From Balanoglossus misakiensis (Eukaryota; Animalia; Hemichordata): a stretch of 64,000 nucleotides of DNA. The translations under genes were made by a program, and so were the position numbers. Position 1 is the first letter of the stretch, and each line of letters starts with the position of its first letter. The DNA is taken from positions 6,332,172-6,396,171 of the forward strand of contig CM082593.2 in NCBI GenBank assembly GCA_040954595.2, in the 5' to 3' direction. Shown here piece by piece: positions 16,062 to 27,300 of the stretch. The notes below the pieces were generated by a model, which was given only the letters and a program-made list of their open reading frames with translations, was not told the origin of the DNA and ran no database searches.

Positions 16062-18907
16062 TTACTTTTTGGTGGTGAAGTATATGGTGATACCTATAAC
16101 TGTAATCATCACCAACCCTATGACAACCAGTAATACTCGGTTCTGAACAATCCTAGAAAAAAAAAATATATGTAAAAACATTTGCGTTACTTCTTTATTT
16201 GAACCGAAGATAATGTGACTTCAGAAATGGTTCCTGTATAAAAATGCACCAAAATTGTGACATGGTTGACAGATTTACAACGATATATGCCACGTTTGCC
16301 TGCTGAGCTAAACTCTCATCCCTGTGTATGAACTTTGACCTGGAGGCAAACATGGCCGACATTTGCGAAAACTCTCATCCCTGTGTATGAACTTTGACCT
16401 GGCGGATGACCGACAGCGAGGATCACATGAGAATGAGTAAATACAGAAATGCGAGGAAAAGAAAACAAGCATGCAAGACACCACAGCACAGTGACATTCA
16501 AATTAATGGACAAACTCACAAGTGGACTTTTACTTTCCAGAAGATGGAAGAAACCTACCGAAGAATAGAAACAAACAATTCAGATTCCATCTTCCCTCAA
16601 TTGTTTTGGACAGGGAAAGTGGATTCTAACTTTCCTTGGTATTTGAATTTCCAAAATATTCTGTGCTCCAATATCACCGGTAGGATCACAGCTACCCTGA
16701 CTGAGTCAAGATGATGAGTAGGGGTTTATGTACACAGGCAAGTAAGCCACGACCAGTGATATGAATATGTATCATGTGATGTGATGGTCAGCTTGCAAGT
16801 TCAAGAATGATGGATTGTTACAAGCCAGTTAGCCCGCCTGCCAAATGAATGTCACTTTTTTACAGACCGATCAAAAATACATACCTCCTCATCATGCCAC
16901 TCAGAATTCTCGAACTTTTGCCCAAATCTGTGTCTGTTTCCCGTAGCTACAAGCAAAAATGAAAATTTGTGCGCGTGAGCAATTTCTGAAAATGTACATC
17001 AGCGTTAACTCTGTAGACTTACGGTTCCAACACTGTGACGGTATCAGCCAACCGAAATAGTGTATGCTGCTAAAATTGGGTACCAGGTAACCCGGGTGGT
17101 ACCACTCTGTAGCCAGGCCAATCCAGTGCTGACTCAGCACAAATGAAGCACCACTACCAGGGGCCAGACCAGCGATGCTCCAGCCCTAAAACCCGGCAAG
17201 TCAGATAGGAATCCTTTTGAGCTATAACCTTACCCGTTCCCTTGCCCTTTCAATTTTTCTCCTGTCATCGTGCAAGTTATCCAATATATCGGCTCCCACT
17301 TGCTCTGAAAAATGATTAACGACACAAAATTGTCGCTACTGTCATAATTTATTAAAATGGCATCAAAAAGAAGTCGAAACATGTTTTCTTCTTGGACTGC
17401 TCTAAATATTTACACAAAATCCAGGTTCCAAAAAGACAGAAGCCTTTGTCAACAACTGACACTGTACGTGTTATTAATTTGTAGTTTTCCATAATTATGT
17501 TCTCAGACTTTTCTTGTTGTTGAACACTCACCTGTTTCCACTGCCAGTTTATAGCCTTGTTCTAACCGTCTATTTGTCCTGTCAAGTCTTTCTGTGTTGT
17601 CTAAGAGTCGCACTCTCTGAAATGACAAAGGACGACAAGAAATATGAAATTGAAACTGTGCTTTACTCATTGCACTGCACTGGTACAATTTCAATGACAT
17701 ACCAATTTTGAACCAGATTATGCCCCAATGATCAATGCATGTTTCCTGTACTACACAGAAATTTCACAGTTCAACAGAGAGTGTGACACGAATTACCTGG
17801 TCTTCTGAAGAGGTCACATCGTCACCTCCCAAGAGTTCCTCTCTCGTGTGTTGTAAATCACTGTATGCTATACGGGAACGTTTCTGAAAATAAACATATG
17901 TATGTGAATGAATGGAACTTGAAAATGCAGTTAACGTGTACCAACCTGTTGGGATTGTAATGTATGTATTCTGCTCAGCTGTGTTGTGCTTGTGGATACA
18001 CATCTGAGCTGCTGTTTGTTCCTCAAGACGTTCAGTAGAATTAAATTTTGATAGGTTCGGCGATCAGGGGTAACAATAATAATTGTAAGTATCTTACGGC
18101 TGTAAAGTACTTACAAAATCTTTTTCTAGCTTTGACATCTCTGCCTGGTAACTTTTCAGCCTGTTGCTGAATTTCTGTCTGTCTTTTGAAGGAATTTCAC
18201 GGACTTCTAAATCCATCTGTTCAAGCTGGGTGGGAAGAGGAGAATACTGATGTCAGTATGGAAAACAAAATTGGGGTGAAATCACCAAAACCCTGTTTTG
18301 TGTAAAGTAATGGACTACTTAGTCAAAACAAAATGTGTTTTGCATAATTGGTATACAGCTAAGACTGTAGTGAAACCGACAAAGTTAATTCAAAATACCC
18401 AGATAAAAACATTTCTATTTTTAATACTAAGCTATTCAAAACACTCATTTATATATGGATCTTTATGTAAAGCTTACCAATTCATGTGCTTCGTCCATAC
18501 TTTTCTCAACAGAACTGATCATGGATCGTTTCTCACCTGCCAAGTAGAGAATAAATGGTTAGAATTTCAATACATCAATCATAGACTGCAAACAGCTTCA
18601 TAGACTGCAAACAGCTTTATCAATAACATCGATCCTCATAACAGCCAGCAGAGATAGAGTGACAGCGTCAATGGGTACGGGCTTCGCCCTTCCGCAATAT
18701 GTACATATCCGGTGACTTTTCGGGTAACTTAAAATGGGAAAACAAAAGAAACGCGCAAAAAAATCGCGTCCCTTCGCTACAGTAAAATGTTAAATAATTT
18801 GTTACACACTTACCCCCTGATAAATTTGGTATTTTCCCTATTTTTGTTGTGATTTCCGCCGTCAAACCGGCGAACTGGTGTTCGTAATTGTCCAACAGCG
18901 ACGCCAT
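16062..18907 (-). CDS. VTI1A: Qb-SNARE VTI1A
   Basis: Eight exons (approx. 18907-18814, 18536-18478, 18225-18115, 17884-17798, 17617-17533, 17305-17235, 16948-16887, 16152-16062). Peptides MASLLDNYEHQFAGLTAEITTKI, LEQMDLEVREIP, LLDNTERLDRTNRRLEQGY, LRETDTDLGKSSRILSGMMRRIVQNR, then a C-terminal TM helix. Confidence 0.93.
16311..16403. repeat. Short direct duplication (period about 59 bp)
   Basis: AACTCTCATCCCTGTGTATGAACTTTGACCTGG occurs twice. Confidence 0.8.
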
Positions 18908-19156
18908 GTTGTCCGCGTATTAGGTGTAAGTGTGTTTGTGGTATGTCAACTCCAATTCCACCACTAAAAGTAATTCTACTGTCTATGATTAAATATACAT
19001 GGAAAATATCATGTACTCATGTGTTCGCTTCTTTTATTTCTATTTGATAAAACACAAATGGACTTTTACATGTACACTGTACAAGGTTATTCAATATTTT
19101 GCTGTTGGGTTACCCACAATCCCTAGCTCGACCTTTTCGCGGCCATCTTGGAACGA
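18908..19156. promoter_or_regulatory. Bidirectional VTI1A/RPL34 promoter, ending in the RPL34 5'TOP-type non-coding exon 1
   Basis: CCTTTTC polypyrimidine start (~19132), YY1-like GCCATCTT, then a GTGAGT donor at 19157; about 225 bp from the VTI1A ATG. Confidence 0.6.
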
Positions 19157-19521
19157 GTGAGTAAACTTCAATAAGGGAAACACAAAATGATCCGACATTA
19201 TCAAGCTCATCACACTCTTTTGCCCTTCAAAAGTTCGCTATTTCGACTTTGCAATAAATAAAGTTTCATCCTGTGGTATTATTTTCTAACATAAACAATT
19301 ATCTTTGCATTACGATACCACAAAGTAACCCATCACTGTGCGTAGTCCAATCCCCCATCACGCCGGCATTTGGATGATTTCACTTTTTTCAGACGCTTGT
19401 GTACTTTAAACGGGTACAGGGATCGACATTATATCAGTAACAGTTAATGCCAACGTCGGTGTAGTTTTGATTGTAAATGAAATAAAATATCAGAAATAAA
19501 CGTTTTCTCCTACAGATCACC

Positions 19522-20792
19522 ATGGTACAGAGGTTGCATTACAGACGACGATTGTCGTACAACACCAAATCCAACGCCAAGAGGATGTGAGTAACAGAGT
19601 ATACACTAATAAGTTTTGAGTGCAGCTGCGTTTTCCGTGTTTTCTATTCATCCCAAAGTAGTCAGCAGCTCACCAGCTAACACACTATCTCCCAATCTGT
19701 TTATGTTGCATGTTCTGTTTTGGTTCGGCTGATTCGATATGCCTTCCTGTTTGATCAATGTTGATGTACTCGGTGATGTTGTTTTCATGCAGTTCAAAAA
19801 CACCAGGTGAGATTTTCCATCATTATTGTCCTGTACACTCTACATGTATATTCATACCATGCCAGGCACTGCAGAAAGGGATCAGAAAGTATTTGTACAT
19901 TGTACTACCATATAGATATTCACAAACATAACTGTTAAGTGTAAATGCCTGAAATGAACATGGTCATAGGTGTCAATTGCTTTTCTATTGTGTCAATTTT
20001 ATAAATGAAATTCAACTTGCATCACTGATTTAACTGTCTTTTATTCCAGGTGGCAAGTTGGTTTACCTGTACACCAAAAAGAAGGGGTCTGTTCCATCAT
20101 GTGGTGATTGCAAGAGGAAGCTGTTTGGGGTGAGTGTCCACACATCAGTCCCTTGGACCAGTCACTAAATATAGTTTACAAATAGTTTTTGACAAAAAGG
20201 GGGAACCGAAATCCTGATGGAGTTTATCCTCTCTCTCCATCAGATCCAACCAGCTCGTCCCAAACAGCTGATGTCAATGTCACAGACTAAGAAACACGTC
20301 ACCAGAACGTACGGAGGATCTAGGTGTGGTACCTGTGTCAGACAAAGGTGAGAAGTTAAACGTACATACAAGACTTACCTTAATCCTTTCACCACCATGG
20401 TTCAGTCCAAACCCATTGTTTCCTATGGTAAAGTTGAACCTCCAAAGAGGGAACTGGGGGTGAAAGGGTTAAGATGGTGGCATTTTGAAGAATTCCTGGC
20501 TGATGTTGTTCTAGTTGTAAACGGTGATTCAGTTTGGATAGCTTTGCTGAAGATGTGTGCGTGGATCCATAGTCCCCTGTGTGTGGGGATGACTGTGGTG
20601 GATCTTATAATGAAGTGCCTGCCAATGTTTTTGACAGACTGTGAATGGGTCAACAGAACTGTGTGTAATCATGGCTTCAGTCAACTTACAGCCACTTTCT
20701 CTTGCAGAATTGTGAGGGCATTCCTGATTGAAGAACAGAAGATCGTGGTGCGAGTCCTCAAGGCACAAGCTATCAAGAAGAAGGCACATTGA
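19522..20792 (+). CDS. RPL34: 60S ribosomal protein L34 (eL34)
   Basis: Exons 19522-19586, 19793-19806, 20050-20129, 20244-20347, 20708-20792 give [37 protein letters not shown]...[35 protein letters not shown]. Confidence 0.96.
20380..20472. mobile_element. 93-bp TTAA-flanked MITE (piggyBac-like)
   Basis: TTAATCCTTTCACC...GGTGAAAGGGTTAA; homologous to 14978-15070. Confidence 0.75.
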
Positions 20793-21000
20793 GATCCAGA
20801 ACAAAAGAAATTTGATTTGTAATTATATTTCATGTTGTTGAAGTAAAAGCCTGGTTGACAACAAAGGAGAAACTTGTCTCTGTGTGTACGTGTGTGCTTT
20901 ACTGAGTGGTAATCATGTCAAGTTTAGTGTCCATTCTCACCACAGAGGGCGTGGTTCAGTTTGCTGCGATCTCAAAAAGCGTTGAGATCATGCGTTTCTT

Positions 21001-21024
21001 CATGGAGGTACTAGTACCTCCATG
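21001..21024. repeat. 24-bp perfect palindrome with 7-bp direct flanking duplication
   Basis: GTTTCTT-CATGGAGGTACTAGTACCTCCATG-GTTTCTT. Confidence 0.8.
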
Positions 21025-21397
21025 GTTTCTTTAATGCAAAATGGCTTGAAACTGAACAATTTGTGTGGATTGTTGGGGATTGTGCCATAGTAAAAGAACC
21101 CCTGCCCGTCTGGAAAAATTGGTGTAAGAATTGCGCTCTTAATACCGCCCTCTACAGACATTCCTTGAAGTCACAGACTTTCCCTTTACGAGTGGTTGAC
21201 TCGCATTTTTATAGCGAAACTGTGAGCTATTTTAAAACTGTACCACACCATCAAGGTCCGCGAACTTTGGCTCGTGGTCAGATTTAAATAGGCGTGTGCC
21301 CACCACTGACGGCGCAAGTCAACAAAACTTAAGTGCAGCCAGCAGAAGGGCTGAAATACTTAGCAAATTTCAGGATCGTCGTCTGGTGTTTGCGATC

Positions 21398-24300
21398 ATG
21401 GGACAGAAATCGAGTAGGGTGAGCATCAGCCGGGGTAAGTTACGGATACAGAGTGCAGAAAGATCGAGATGTTTTTCGTATGCGAGCGTCGCCACTTTGC
21501 TGTCGAAATTCTCTGTCGTGTTTTTCTGTTCGGATATAATGTTTCGTCCTAAACTCGGTTGATGTCATAAATTTGGCTGTTGACAAAAGATAGATGCTTT
21601 CTTTGGCTTCGCATAGGCCAGACACCGAATGGAGAGTGCGTTTAGCCTCAGCTCTGAATTGAACGCCATCCACATTCTCAAATTGTTGAGGTGCGGTAGT
21701 TCATTGCGTCCGGTGCAATATAACGAGAGGAAGCGATAGCTTGTTTTCTGTACAGTCACTTACTTTATTTGTCACCAACACATGTAGTGGATGAACACAT
21801 CACTGACCAAGTCTGAACTGAGTTGCACACCCACAAGAGCGGAAAAAACCCACCAAGCTTACATAACGAAAACATGCATAATGAGACTATCATTTACATA
21901 TCAAAGAAAGTGACCATCTGGGTAAAGTTCAGTTTACTCCAACACCCCCTCTTAAACTGAACTTTCTAAATTTAACACATTCAGTTTACTTTTTGAAACT
22001 GGTTTGGTAAATACATCAGCCACATTACATTCGCTTTCAATGTAAGTTAATACAATACGACTGTTGTGGACTTCATCTCTAAGGAAATGATATTTGATGT
22101 CAATGTGTTTTGACCTTTTACGATACACTGGGTTTTTCGCAAGTGCGATGGTACTCTGGTTGTCAACGAATATTTCAGGTGTTTTCTCTGTGTGGCCGTG
22201 CATGTCTGAATATAACTGTCTCAAGAATTTTCCTTCTTGGACAGCACTGGCTAATGCAATATATTCAGCCTCGCACGTGGATAAAGCAACACACTGTTGT
22301 TTGCTACTTTTCCATGAGATAAGTGGTCCACCCTTGCTTAAGGAAAATGCATAACCTGAGATACTTTTTCTATCATCTGAACCCGCCCAGTCTGAATCAC
22401 AGTAACCTATTAGAGTTGGTTCAGTATTTGATCTACAGTATTTCAACCCAAAGTGTTTAGTACCCTTTAAATATCTCAGCACATGCTTTGCCATGCTCAA
22501 ATGCATTTCTGTCGGCCTGGACATAAACTGGGATAATTTTGTCACAATAAATGAAATATCTGGCCTTGTTGTTGTCATTAAATAAATTAAACTCCCAACT
22601 ATCTCTCTATACAACCTTCCATCTACCAGCTCTGGTGATGGTTCATTCATGGCTTTACAAGCGCCTGGATCACAAGGTGTACTTTTGGGTTTACAATCGC
22701 TCATTTCAAATCTCTGTAACATATCATTTACACTTTTTGTCTGTTTCATTACAATACAATCTTTACCCCATTCAAATTCAACTGCGAGAAACCATGATAA
22801 AACTCCCATATCTTTCATATTGAATTTCTGATTCAATGATGCTTTACATTCTATTAAAGCGGTATCATTGTTGGCTGCTACAATGATGTCATCAACCCAA
22901 ATAATTATGATGATCTTATTACCGTTACTCTCTTTTGTGTACACACAGTAGTCGACTAAAGACTGTTGAAAACCCTCATTGATCAGATGAGTGTGTAACA
23001 TCTGGTTCCACATTCTACCACTTTGTTTCAGGCCATACAGTGATTTCTTAAGTTTAAGGACCATATCTTCCTTGTTACTAGTTACATAACCATCTGGTTG
23101 TTCCATATAAATTACACAGTCAAGGGGAGCATGTAAATATGCTGTCTTAACATCCATCTGATGTACAGTAAGACCTTCATTCATTGCTAATTGCATTAAC
23201 ATTCTTACTGATGTCATCTGAGCTGTTGGTGCAAAAGTTTCATGATAATCAACATCTTGTTTCTGAGAAAAACCCTTAGCAACAAATCGTGCCTTATATT
23301 TCTCAGTACCATCTGGATTCATTTTAATATTATAAACCCATTTACCCCCTACTACATTTTGGTCTTTTGGCAATTCTACCAAATCAAACGTATCATTCTC
23401 TCTTAGTGATAATATTTCGTCATCCATTGCTTTCTCCCACTTACGTTTATCAGGTGAATTAACAGCTTCCTGATAAGTTTGAGGTACATGACACATTTTG
23501 TAACAATAATGAATATATTTCTCATCATCTTCCATGACTGTTACATAATCTTTGAGATACTCTGGCCTTCTAGAAATTCTTATAGGTCTAGTCTTAACCT
23601 CTCCTTTCTTTTGTGTTACATCGTCCAAGTTTTCTTTACTACTTGAACTCGAAATTTGACCATCATCTGGTATATCCCCCTTATCAACACCCTGGGCTTT
23701 AATCTCTGTGCCATCTGTGACATCTTTCCTGAATATCACTTCATCATCATACACATTCCCGTTATCACTTAACTCTTGTACAAATTTGACACATCTTACT
23801 CTTCTTACAGAATTATCTTCTTTAAAATACACCAAGTATGCCGGGCTGTCTTTGTCATACCCAACAAAAATACCCTTCATACATCTCGGATCAAGTTTTG
23901 ACTTAACTTGTACATATGCATAACACACAGATCCAAATGGATTCAGATTACTTAAATTAGGTTTCTTGCCTGTTATACATTGGAAAGGGGTCATTCTTAT
24001 CCTATGATTATAACATCTGTTTCGTGTATAGGCGGCAGCCATTACTGCATATGTCCAGAACTTCTTGGGAAGTTTGGACTCTAACAACATACATCTGCCC
24101 ATTTCAAAGAGTGTACGCCAACTTCGCTCTACTGTACCGTTTTGGTGTGGCGAATATGGTGCTGAAAACTCCTGACAAATTTTATTCTCAATCATGAGAG
24201 ATCTAAATTTGTCTGAGGTGAATTCAGTCCCGTTGTCACTTCTCAGCTTCTTAATCACACCATAAGGTGCACTCTGAGCCAAAAATCTTTCTGTGGCGAT

Positions 24301-27300
24301 AATGGTATCACTCTTATTCTTAAGAAAATACACAAAAACTGCACCCGAATAATCATCGGTAAAACAAAGAGCATATTTGAAACCATCTCTTGCAACAGGA
24401 TCAATTGGCCCTGCTAAATCACAGTGTACAAACTCCATGGGGTTGGTGGCACGTTTATCGGCAACTCTATTAAACGTTTGAGTCATTTTGCCCTGAATAC
24501 ATGTATCACAATCGAATTTTTCTTTATCGCTTATTATGAAACCTTTGGATACACCCTCTAAACTGATTATATCTTTAATATTACAGTGGCCCATTATTTT
24601 ATGCCAATCTTTCAGTGATCTAGATGCAGTTTTACAGGAGACTTTGTTCAAGAAATACAATCTTCCATCTTTCTCAATATCAAACGTAGTGCCTTTTACT
24701 TTCATATGAGCACCATTGGGGTAAAAACTTACTGACGCCCCAGTACCTGTTGCAGCTTGAACAGAAAAAATATCTTGTTGATAGGATGGTACATACAAAG
24801 CATTCTCTAGAATATAATCGTGAGATCGGCCATTTACATCATACAAAGCAACTTTCGCATTTCCTCTACCCTTAACAACATCATTACTCTGGCTACCGTC
24901 CGCCAGCTCTATCGTGTGTTTTCTGCTATCGAAATTTGTCTCGAAACTTACAAATTTGAATTTATCCTTAATTATATGAGTAGTTGCTCCACAATCTACT
25001 AACAAACTATGCTGCTTAGCTTCAAAATTACATAAATTCTCATGACTTACAGAAAAACAAAATGAATGTTCGTCCGCATCTAGCGCGTCTTCGTCTTTAC
25101 TTGTCTTTGCCGCGTCTCTGTCTTGCCTCTGTCTTGTCCTACGGCATTCTCTCGTCATGTGTGTCGTGGTTCTGCAAAATTCGCACCACTTCTGCCCTTG
25201 TCTACACCCGTTCGCTTTGTGTCCGATCTTGCCACATCTGTAACATTTTATCCGTCTCGTTGAACCATATCTACCGTCGTTGCTGGTCCCCCTCTGGTTG
25301 TGCATCTTCATGACACCATGTTGACTACCGCCGTCCCTAGAACCACCTTCCGTTACCTGGGTACCTTTATCGGTTTCTTCATAACTTTTCAATGCCATCT
25401 TGAACTTTGTGAAGGTTTGTTCCGTCTCAGCCTGTGTTGTGACGGCAACAAAGGTTCTGAAGCGTGAAGGAAGTCCCTTTAGTATCATGGCAATTAAAAG
25501 ACTGTCACTGATTTCTTCTCCTGCCCCTTTAAGTGCAGTGGCTGCATTTTCCGCCCGTATCGTATAATCTGTCACGTCTTCTTCATCTCTCATTGACAGT
25601 GTAGTTAGTTCGTTATATAGTGCTATCACTCTTGGTTTGCTCTGCCCTAGGTAATGGTTACGTAAAATCTGAAGTGCCTTACGTCCATCATTCTTAGAGT
25701 CTCTGATAATAAGTGATATACTTTTATCATCGAGACATTGTATCAGTTCAGCGTAGGCATCATGATTCTTCTCCGGGTCTGGCGCACTTACGTCGCCTTC
25801 TTCGGGGGATATGACTTTCTCCAATTTTTGCAGTCGCATGTGCCCAAGGAACTTCACCTCCCATAATTCGTACTTCGACTCGTCACCATCAAATTGCAGC
25901 CGTGGCCTGGGCCCATAACCTGTTGAGGTGCGGTAGTTCATTGCGTCCGGTGCAATATAACGAGAGGAAGCGATAGCTTGTTTTCTGTACAGTCACTTAC
26001 TTTATTTGTCACCAACACATGTAGTGGATGAACACATCACTGACCAAGTCTGAACTGAGTTGCACACCCACAAGAGCGGAAAAAACCCACCAAGCTTACA
26101 TAACGAAAACATGCATAATGAGACTATCATTTACATATCAAAGAAAGTGACCATCTGGGTAAAGTTCAGTTTACTCCAACACAAATAATAAACGCTTTAG
26201 CATAATTCTCATCCCTGCGCACACTGACACCATGGGCTGACGATTTCACATCCGGTTGAAGAATTGTTTCGACATGCTAGTTGGACGCCAGACGAAAAAG
26301 CAATCATATTTCACCCGAGTCATCTTCTGTTCCATACAGAAGGAAAAATGGTGGAATAGGAAGAATATTGGCCGAAAGGGACATTTCGCACGATGTCAAA
26401 TGGTAACACGATAAACACATCTGTAATTGAGTCCAAATTTAGCTCTGCAAATTTAAGGCCAGACATCCAAATGGTCGTTGTACGCGCAGGGCTGCATCAT
26501 ATTCATACAACGTACCCCGCCCCACTTCTAGAAAGTCCACTCCCTTACAAACGAAGCCATTTTTCACAGTTGTGGTATCTCAAATTGACGGCCCTATGTA
26601 ATCTGATAACAGGCACGGAATGTGAAATCCGACGCCACGCTATTCCCAATGCCAGACTTTCACTACAGCTGCCGATGCTGGAAAACACTTCCATGATCAT
26701 GAAAAGCCGAACGGAGGAATCTTAGCGTATTTACTTGCAAAATTCTTGCGGCACGGATTGTTTTCATCGCGTTTATCTGTGCGTTACCCTTCACATATAC
26801 ATAATTTTTATGGACGTAGCTTATATAAATGCATTTGACTTAAGCGATATGCAATATACTGTCATTATGTTGTGATGGCTTTTCCAAGCTATCGAAATCA
26901 AACTTTGAAGGCAAATTCATATTTATATGAACATCCTGAAGTCAAGTGCAAAAAGGTTAGGCGAAAAAATCCTCTTTGACGATAAGTCGAAAATTATGTA
27001 TGGGAGGTCAGCGACACGAATTTATCATTGGCACGGGTAGGCGCCCTTCCATTCCACACGTCGGAATTTTAATATATTACACAGTACTTTCGCGGGGCCT
27101 CTACGAGCGGCGTTTAATGTGCATGCGTGAAATGTTTCTCGCGAGAGAGAACGGGGATAGGACAGGATGGTGCCTGGGATAGCAGTTGGACATTTTGGTT
27201 ACGGATTTACCATCTGTTTCAGGCCAATACCCAAACCAAATTTCCCAGAATGCCGGATGATTTGCTGATAGTGAACTTCATTCATTGTTTGACCATGTTT

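Larger units (their letters stand above)
21684..26181 (-). mobile_element. Intact Ty1/copia LTR retrotransposon (4498 bp) in GLIPR2 intron 1
   Basis: Two 261-bp TG...CA LTRs, 5-bp TSD CAAAT (21679-21683 and 26182-26186), PBS at 25907-25920, PPT AAGAGGGGG at 21945-21953, single intact ORF. Confidence 0.98.

Noticed and set aside
26187-27200. Coding-looking, CpG-richer sequence beside the copia element; a minus-strand ORF can be rejoined across the insertion site
   Set aside because: Stops in all frames and no recognisable motif; best explained as GLIPR2 intron 1 or a decayed repeat.
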